NCBI GenBank assembly: GCA_963781645.1
Contig: CAWAGY010000031.1
Span: forward strand, 27,562 to 91,561
Direction: 5' to 3'
DNA from: an uncultured Alphaproteobacteria bacterium
GTDB lineage: Bacteria; Pseudomonadota; Alphaproteobacteria; Rhodospirillales; Defluviicoccaceae
DNA length: 64,000 bases
Shown: piece by piece, positions 57,082 to 64,000 of the stretch
How the letters are laid out: each line of letters begins with the position of its first letter
Position numbering within the stretch: the stretch's first letter is position 1
Translations under genes and position numbers: made by a program
The notes under the pieces: model-generated
What the model saw: only the letters and a program-made list of their open reading frames with translations
Database searches by the model: none
What the model was told of the DNA's origin: nothing

Positions 57082-57836
57082 ATGGTTGATGTTGAAACGA
57101 ACCAAGAAATGAACGGCTCGTGGCCGCCGATCAGCGCCGCGTGGGCCTCGTTCGGTCTGGTTCTCCTTGGTGCTGTGTTCGTCACGTTGGGTTTCGTTTC
57201 TACATCCGCCTACTACAACGCCATGGGTTTTCCGCCGGCGTTGTTTCCACCAGTGTTGGCGCTGGGACTTACGGGTTTCGTGTACGGTGTTTCGGCAATA
57301 TTCATCGTTGCAGTGATCCCGGCGCTAATCGGATGGTTTGGATGGAAAGTCGTGAGGACGTCTTGGTTCAGAAAGAAAAGTAATTTTCCAGTTGTTAATG
57401 TGCGTCATCAGGACTCATTGCCGCGATTTTATTACTAACCAGTACCAGTATCAATTTGCTGGATATTCCACACCCAGCTGTATATTTATTGAGCGTCGCA
57501 CTTGTTTTGCTGGTTTTTTTATTCGGTACGGTAATAGCCAACGCTCAGCCTGTTAAATTCGGCGTTGGTTCCTGGCTCATGCTTTGTTTGTTTCTATGGT
57601 TGTTTGTCCCTCCTGTAATAAATATCACTGGCGGAATCGCTGCGTGTTTCGGCGGGCAGGCGGTTAAAAATATCCTCGCGGAAAAGGAGCCTCGATTCTC
57701 AACCGTTATCCCACTGGAGGGTGAATCTTACAAACCAGGGAAGCTGATAGTTTGCTCTGAACGGTTTTGCGGATCCCATGATGGGTCGAAGCCGAAGATC
57801 GTGTCATTGGATGGAATGAAGGAAATCGTGCCTTGA
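57082..57836 (+). CDS. Low-GC hypothetical membrane protein (split near 57440)
   Basis: Two adjacent hydrophobic ORFs (57061..57438 and 57456..57836) in an AT-rich segment. RBS precedes ATG at 57082. Confidence 0.5.
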
Positions 57837-58003
57837 CGCATCGAGGCTCATTACGAGGGGTGGGCGATCTGCCCTGCGAAGGCGCGCGAGGGGTCTGCTC
57901 GACGCTTCGTGCGCTGCCCTGTATAGGAGACGACCTACGATGTCCGGTGTTCCCCGGCAAAGCGACGCGACCACCATCCGCTTTCTCGCGCCAAACCGTC
58001 GCT

Positions 58004-58058
58004 CCTGTTAAGGGTTATCGGATGCCGGCCTGTGCCCTGTTAAGGGTTATCGGATGCC
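58004..58058. repeat. 23-bp tandem direct repeat at the IS91-element end
   Basis: CCTGTTAAGGGTTATCGGATGCC at 58004-58026 and 58036-58058. Confidence 0.85.
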
Positions 58059-58402
58059 TGCCGTGCACCGATGGTGGTGACGGGCGGGCGGCAGGCGTCC
58101 GATAAGCCTCAGGGGAAGAAACCGCGGGGGCCGCACCGGTGCTGGTTGGTGGAGCCGGATCTATGGGGAATTGGCCGTCGCGGGGTGGCTGCGTGGGAGG
58201 CGGTGGCGCGGCCGCCGGCAGCTGTGCGCGGCCCGGCCGGGCACGACGGCCGCGGGTGTGGGCGGGCTGCGGCGATCGGCGGCCGGCCGATCGGGTGTAT
58301 TCCGCGGCAGCTGCCGCTGGTCCGGGCGTGTCGCCGCGTCGCCGGGCGCGGATCGGCGGTTGGATCGGGCATCGGTGCGGTCGGTCGGTCGTTGCGGTGG
58401 CC

Positions 58403-59638
58403 TCATGAGCTGTCGATCCCGATAACCGGCACCGCGGCTTCTGGCCGGGATGCGGGCCCTCCACCGCGCCGGAAGGTCTCGACGACGATCATCACCCCGC
58501 CGCAGCAGGGACAGCGGTACGCCTTCGGCGCTGCGGCGTCGGCGGCCGCGGCATCGCCGGTGCCGTCGGCGGGCTCCGTCCGATCATCCGGCGCTTTCGG
58601 CTTCGCCGCCAGCAGTGCCCGGGCGTGGGCGACGGCGGCGCGGCGCTGGCCGTTGGCGAGGAAGCCGTAGTGGCGGATGCGGTGGAAGCCCGCCGGCAGG
58701 ACGTGGATGAGGAATCGGCGGATGAACTCGGCCACCGGGAGTGTCATCGTCTTCCAGCGGCGAAGGCCGTCGGCGCGGTAATCCTTCCAGCGGAAGCGGA
58801 CGCCTTCGTCGTCGCAGGCGACCAGCCGTCGGTTCGAGATGGCGACGCGGTGGGTGTAGCGCGAAAGATAGGTGAGCACCGCGCCCGGCCCGGCGAAGGG
58901 TTGCTTCGCATAGACGAACCACTTCGTCTTCTTCAGCGGGGCGAGGACTGCCGCGAAGGCGCGGGCGTCGGCGAGCGCCGTGAGCCCGCCGAAGAAGGCG
59001 AGGCGGCCGGCCCGGTGCGCCTCGGCCAGCGCCGCCAGCATCAGCCGCCGGAATAGTGTCGACAGCACCCGCACCGGCAGGAAGAACCCCGGCCGGCAGC
59101 CGATCCATCGGTCGCCGTCCGGCGCCAGGCCGCCGCCCGGGACGATGACGTGGACGTGCGGATGGTGGGTCAGCGCCGAGCCCCAGGTCTGCAGCACCGC
59201 GGTGAGCCCGATGCGGGCGCCGAGGTGCTTCGGGTCGGCGGCGATGGTCATGAGCGTCTCCGCCGCCGTCCGGAACAACAGGTCGTAGACGACGGCCTTG
59301 TTCTGGTAGGCGATGTCGGCGATCGCCGCCGGCAGGGTGAAGACGACGTGATAGTACGGGACGGGCAGCAGCTCGGCTCGCCGCGCCGCCAGCCACGCCT
59401 CGGCCGCCGACGCCTGACACTTCGGGCAGTGCCGGTTGCGGCAGGAATTGTAGGCGATCTGCATATGCTCGCAGCGTTCGCAGGCGGCGACGTGGCCGCC
59501 GAGCGCCGCGGTGCGGCACTGCTCGATCGCCGACATCACCTTCAGCTGGCCGAGGCTCAGGTGGCCGGCATTGGCCTGCCGCCACGCCGCCCCGTGGCCG
59601 CGGAAGATATCCGCGACCTCGAGGGCCGGCCGGACCAT
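58403..59638 (-). CDS. IS91-family (HUH Y2) transposase
   Basis: YNSCRNRHCPKC zinc motif, HVVFTLP, HPHVH (HUH), YLSRY (Y2) and GFHRIRHYG. Confidence 0.93.
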   Translation of the reverse strand: MVRPALEVADIFRGHGAAWRQANAGHLSLGQLKVMSAIEQCRTAALGGHVAACERCEHMQIAYNSCRNRHCPKCQASAAEAWLAARRAELLPVPYYHVVFTLPAAIADIAYQNKAVVYDLLFRTAAETLMTIAADPKHLGARIGLTAVLQTWGSALTHHPHVHVIVPGGGLAPDGDRWIGCRPGFFLPVRVLSTLFRRLMLAALAEAHRAGRLAFFGGLTALADARAFAAVLAPLKKTKWFVYAKQPFAGPGAVLTYLSRYTHRVAISNRRLVACDDEGVRFRWKDYRADGLRRWKTMTLPVAEFIRRFLIHVLPAGFHRIRHYGFLANGQRRAAVAHARALLAAKPKAPDDRTEPADGTGDAAAADAAAPKAYRCPCCGGVMIVVETFRRGGGPASRPEAAVPVIGIDSS

Positions 59639-59648
59639 GGCCGGCGGC

Positions 59649-60530
59649 TCAGCCCGGCAGCGGCGACCGCTCCTCCGCGAGATCGCGGACCAAGTACTCG
59701 AGCGGGCTCTTCACCTCGCCGATGGTCTTCAGCGCCACCCGCGTGTAGCGCGCCGTCGTCTCCAGTTTCTTGTGGCCGAGCAGCACCTGGATGACGCGCA
59801 CGTCCGTCTTCTGCTCAAGTAGATGGGTGGCGAAGCTGTGGCGGAGCGTGTGCATCGAGACGCGCTTGGCCAAGCCGGCCGCTTCGGCCGCCTGGTGGCA
59901 GGCACGATTGAGCTGCCGGGTGGTCAGCGGCTGGCCGGGATCGCGGCCGGGAAACAGCCAGCCGCGCGGCCGCGCCTCCTGCCACCAGGCGCGCAGGATG
60001 GTGAGCAGGACGGGCGACAGCAGGGCGAACCGGTCCTTTCTCCCCTTGCCCTGCTCGACGCGGATCGTCATCCGGGCGCTGTCGATGTCGCCGATCTTCA
60101 GCGCCGTCACCTCGGACGCGCGCAGCCCGGCACCGTAGGCGACGCTGAGGGCGGCGCGCGCCTTCGCCCCTGCCGTCGCCCGCAGCAGCCGCGCCACCTC
60201 GTCCGGGCTCAGCACCACCGGCAGCCGCTGCGGCTCGCGGATGAACGGCATCAGCTCGGTCACCCCCGGGCGGCCGAGCGTGACCTTGAAGAAGAACCGC
60301 AGCGCCGAAACCGCCGAGTTGATGCTGGGCGAACCGACGCCGCTCGCCGCCAGGTGCAGATGATACCGGCGCAGGTCCTCCGGCCCCGCCAGGTGTGGCG
60401 AACGGCCGAGGAAAAAGGCGAAGGCCTTGACGTGGCGGACATAGTCGGACCGCGTCTTCTCCGAGAAGCCACGGATCTTCATGTCCTCGATCATCCGCCG
60501 GCGCAGCGGGCTGATAGGCTCGTCAGTCAT
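59649..60530 (-). CDS. Tyrosine recombinase/integrase
   Basis: YGAGLRASE, QGKGRKDR, HTLRHSFATH, LLGH and TTARY catalytic motifs. Confidence 0.93.
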   Translation of the reverse strand: MTDEPISPLRRRMIEDMKIRGFSEKTRSDYVRHVKAFAFFLGRSPHLAGPEDLRRYHLHLAASGVGSPSINSAVSALRFFFKVTLGRPGVTELMPFIREPQRLPVVLSPDEVARLLRATAGAKARAALSVAYGAGLRASEVTALKIGDIDSARMTIRVEQGKGRKDRFALLSPVLLTILRAWWQEARPRGWLFPGRDPGQPLTTRQLNRACHQAAEAAGLAKRVSMHTLRHSFATHLLEQKTDVRVIQVLLGHKKLETTARYTRVALKTIGEVKSPLEYLVRDLAEERSPLPG

Positions 60531-60713
60531 CGGGAGCTCCTGTCCTGAGTGAGGTCTGAGCCTCAATCCTCAGGACACGCCCCGAACTACCGCTACCCCG
60601 CCGTCATCCCCCGCGCGACCACAGATGCTCCCCTACCGCGGGAGCGGTTTCGTCCTTTGGCGATTTGCGTCGGTGGTTGCGATGGTGTTGATCGGGGGTG
60701 GGGGGGGTGGTAT

Positions 60714-60728
60714 GTTCTTGTATTGTTC
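60714..60728. promoter_or_regulatory. LexA box
   Basis: GTTCttgtattGTTC with an AT-rich spacer, about 185 bp upstream of the integrase. Confidence 0.65.
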
Positions 60729-60775
60729 CTGCGGTTGTGGCGAGGGCGGGATCGGGCGGCGAATTGAGAAGGAAT

Positions 60776-60975
60776 GACGACAACGGACGACAAGAGGCGG
60801 CATTTCTCGCGACGTGGTGCTGAAAGACGGGGATGGACAAGGGGTTAGCGGATTTTGCGGTGCCGGTGACGGCGGTTTTCGACGACATTCGGACGACATT
60901 CGGACGACACATCGACGACGCCGGGACGACAGGGTGACGACACGGAGGACGAGCGTCGACGACAATAGGGCGACA
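60776..60975. repeat. 11-bp-phased GACGACA repeat array
   Basis: GACGACA-like cores at 60881, 60892, 60903, 60914, 60925, 60936, (60947/8), 60958 and 60969, plus a pair at 60776 and 60786. Confidence 0.85.
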
Positions 60976-61021
60976 ACCGCCGGGAGGGCGCAGGCGGAGC
61001 CGGGCCGCATACGCCCGCGGG

Positions 61022-62006
61022 TCAGACGGTGACGACGATCTTTCCCTTCTGCTGGTTTGATTCCATGTAGCGATGAGCATCGGCGATGGCGGCGAGCGGA
61101 AAGGTGCGGTCGATCACCGGCTTCAAGGCACCCGACGCCAGGCCGTCGTACACATAGGCCTTGCCGCGCTGAAGGGCGTCGGCATCGCGGACGATCTCGA
61201 ACAAGGTGTAGCCGCGCACCGTCAGTCCCTTGGCCAGCGCCGCGAACAAAGGAAACGGCGTCGGCTCGGCGGACAGCGCGCCGTATTCGAAGATCCGGCG
61301 CCCGGCGCCGCCGCGTCGGCCAGCGTCTCGAGAAAGGCCCGGCGACGGGATCGAAAATGATCCGTGCGCCCTTAGCGGACGTGATCGGCTTGACCCGCTC
61401 GACCAGGTCCTCTTCGCCCGTCACCACGACGTGATCCGCGCCGGCGGCGAGGAGGAAGTCCTTCTTATCGGCGCCGCGGGTCGTTGCGATGGCAACGGCC
61501 CCGCGGCGCGGGTGATCTGGATGGCGGCAAGGCCGACACTGCTGCTGGCGGCGGGAATGAGACCGCTATCGTCCGATCGAGCCGGCCGTATCGATAGCGC
61601 TCCGTAGGCGGTCAGGTACTGCATCCAGATCGCCGCCCCTCGACCGCCGACAACGCGGGCGGATAGGGGGCGACGGAGGCGGCGGGGACGATCGCGCTCT
61701 CGCCGTAGACGCCGTAGCGCTGCATGGAAAAGGACGGGAATGGTGCTGACCCGGTCGCCGATCCGCAAGCCTTCGACGCCGGGCCCGACGGCATCGACGG
61801 TGCCGGCGCACTTCGTAGCCGATCAGCGACGGCAAATCGGCGGACCTCCAGATACCGGCCCTGCCGATACATGACCTCGGCACGATTGAGGCCGATCGCC
61901 TCGACCTCGAGACGGACTTCGCCCGGTCCGGTTCCCTCGGAGGCGCGTCCTCCAGGGCGAGCACGTCGGCCGTCCCGGTCTCATGAAAGCGAACGATCTT
62001 GGGCAT
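61022..62006 (-). CDS. MDR-family quinone oxidoreductase / Zn-dependent ADH-like protein (multiple frameshifts)
   Basis: MPKIVRFHETG, WMQYLTAYGAL, AASSSVGLAAIQI, FDPVAG and AHRYMESNQQKGKIVV. Confidence 0.85.
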
Positions 62007-62567
62007 GCTGACACTCCTACCGCGTTCCGGCTCGCACAATTTGCTCGATCTGAAATGCGACCGGCCGCGCATGAGTGCGAGAGCGCGCCCTCCATTATAT
62101 TTCACCCGCCGCCCGCGATGCCGGAACCGCGGGCGAGCGGAGCGAGGCATGGAATTCCTGGAATGAGGCCTTCTCCGCCTCCGCCGCGGCCGTCGGAAAC
62201 GATCGGCACCGGCAGCCGCGCTTTTATTGCAGCCGCGAAAAAGGACTCCGGCTATTTTACACGCCGCCGACGGCTGTCCGTGGCCGGCGCATTGAATTGA
62301 AGAGAAACGCTATTCCTCAGTACTATTTTGGGTCATGAAATTTGCACTCAATATTCACAGAGGTTTTGACCGGTGCCTAGGCGATAAGCAAACACGGCGA
62401 AAAGCAGCGGATCAGTGCGGTTACACCGCCCTGGCCCGAGTTTTCAACAGGGTTATCCACCGAAATTGTGACAGAGCGGCGACAGCAGCCGCAGAAGGGG
62501 CATTTCAACCGCGCGGCCGATGTGATGACGGCCGGAAGCGGGCCCTCGCGGCGATAGCAGCGGGCTA

Positions 62568-63891
62568 CTACGGGCGGAGGGGAGGCGCGGGTGCTGCTGC
62601 CGCCCCGGTTCGGGCCTTAACAGCGGCAGCCCGGCCCTGGGTGCGCGCGAGCCCGCGATATTCGGCGCGCGCCTCGGGCGTGCTCAGCACCGTCTCGGCG
62701 CCGGGCAGCGGGTTGCCCGTCACATCGCGAACCAGAACGCTGAACGCATAGACCGCCTCGGCCTCGGTGAACGCACAATGCCCGTAGCGGTCGACCGGCA
62801 GACTTCGGTGCTGGTCCGACGTGCCGAGTTGCGCCGTCTTCGCCGTGTACAGCACTTCATGCCCGTACGGTACGATCGGGTCCCTCGTCGTGTGCAGGGA
62901 CACCAGCGGCCGCGCGAGATCGCCGGAGGTCTCGTAAGACGCGACGATCGTCTGCAGCGCCGCGGGATCGGCGGCGAAGCGCTGGACCAGCGCGTTCAGG
63001 CGGCCATCGTCGTCGGAGCCCTGATACCAGTTCGCGGTGTTGTCGAATGGCTGGCCGCCCAGCTTTGCCGTGGCATCGTTCGCACCGAGCGCGCTGAACT
63101 TCAACAGTTGCGCGGCGGCGTCGCTCACGGCTTGTGCGTCGTTCACGTCGACCGGTACGCCGGCCACCCGGAACAACTGCACCATCTCCGAATAGCGGTA
63201 GGGATCGGTGACGGCGGCCCGCACCGCCGCCTCGTAGTTCGGCCAGTAGTCGATGACGTATTGCGGGACAGCGACCGGACTGGGCGGGAGGATGCCCGGA
63301 AAGAAGTAGTCGAAGAGAACGCGGAAGCTGCCGATGTAGGCGGTCTGCGCAAAGAACCAGCCGATTGGCCCGCAGGCGGCGAGGCCGCCGTCAAAGGTGA
63401 GCGATACCGTTCAACCCCGAGGGCCGTCACCGCGCCGCCCTCCGACACGCCGACGAGATAGACGCGCGACGGATCACCTTCCCTGGCCTCGAAGACCTGG
63501 ACCAGGTCGAGCACGTCCGCCAGACCTTGGGCGATGGCGAGACCGTTCTGGGCATAGCTGGTTACGGCAAAGGCGTACCCAAGGCCGGTGAAGATGTCCT
63601 CGACGCTCGTTCCGCCGAAGCTCAACTGGTCCTCCGGGATGCCGATCGGTGCGAAGGGGAAACATAACCGTGGGCATAGACGACCAGATCTCCATTCCAG
63701 AACCGTGGCATACAGATCCGGTAGATGGCTTGCCCTTGCAGCGAGTGATGGCCCTCGTCGCAGTCCGCGTCGAGCAACCCGGCGCGCGCGGGGCCTATTG
63801 CGAACGCCGCCAGCGCAAAGATCAACACCGCGGTGAGGTACGGCTGCAGCCGCTTGCCAGCCAACGATACACGGATCGGCTCGCCCGCCAT
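62568..63891 (-). CDS. Secreted alpha/beta hydrolase (frameshifts near 63660 and 63400)
   Basis: Signal peptide ending ARA, WNGDLVVYAHG, nucleophile elbow GVSEGG, LHTTRDPIVP and YGHC. Confidence 0.75.
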
Positions 63892-64000
63892 GGCGTCCCC
63901 CTTCGAAGGCTCTTGCCTTCTCACCCCGCATCCTGTCCGAGTGCTAAACAAAATGTAATATATGGCCCCTTAGCCGAGATTTCATCCCGCGGGCTGGTTG

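Larger units (their letters stand above)
58036..60657 (-). mobile_element. Tyrosine recombinase + IS91-family rolling-circle element (ends approximate)
   Basis: Adjacent int and IS91 tnp genes, terminal hairpin 58047-58105, and imperfect inverted repeats at 58112-58125 and 60644-60657. Confidence 0.75.

Noticed and set aside
60776-60975. Possible CRISPR array
   Set aside because: The 7-bp cores and 4-bp linkers are far too short, and there are no cas genes in the window.

Overview
GC-rich alphaproteobacterial chromosome segment (Rhodospirillales-like gene order; taxonomy is inference). It carries many 1-2 nt indels, even in essential genes, which most likely reflect uncorrected long-read errors. 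Left to right: (1) 1-9.9 kb, a tightly packed minus-strand operon cydA-cydB (CIO-type)-glucose-1-dehydrogenase-like SDR-GMC oxidoreductase-type II NADH dehydrogenase-GH63-like glucosidase-OprB porin, preceded by a hemerythrin gene, a LexA-boxed 74-aa ORF and a candidate structured sRNA. (2) 11.5-38 kb, the conserved core block tRNA-Leu-tig-clpP-clpX-lon-hupB-tRNA-Val-tRNA-Asp-nuoA..N-birA-coaX-rnj-mce-DUF1467, then tag. (3) 38-46.5 kb, accessory genes (PCuAC, DUF2182/DUF1326), plus a 5.5-kb islet (OxyR-boxed catalase, XRE regulator, Na/Pi cotransporter, NUDIX, lipoprotein) bounded by a diverged duplicate of the 3' end of mcd. (4) mcd, nnr, dadA. (5) 50.9-61 kb, a mobile-element hotspot: a RAYT/REP remnant, three IS1595-family elements, a decayed TA module, LysR, and a tyrosine recombinase + IS91 element. 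Its right edge carries a LexA box and a strictly 11-bp-phased GACGACA array. (6) An MDR oxidoreductase and a secreted alpha/beta hydrolase. Best leads: the sugar-oxidation/bd-oxidase operon, the 11-bp phased array, the mcd-3'-end islet, three promoter-positioned LexA boxes and the orphan sRNA.
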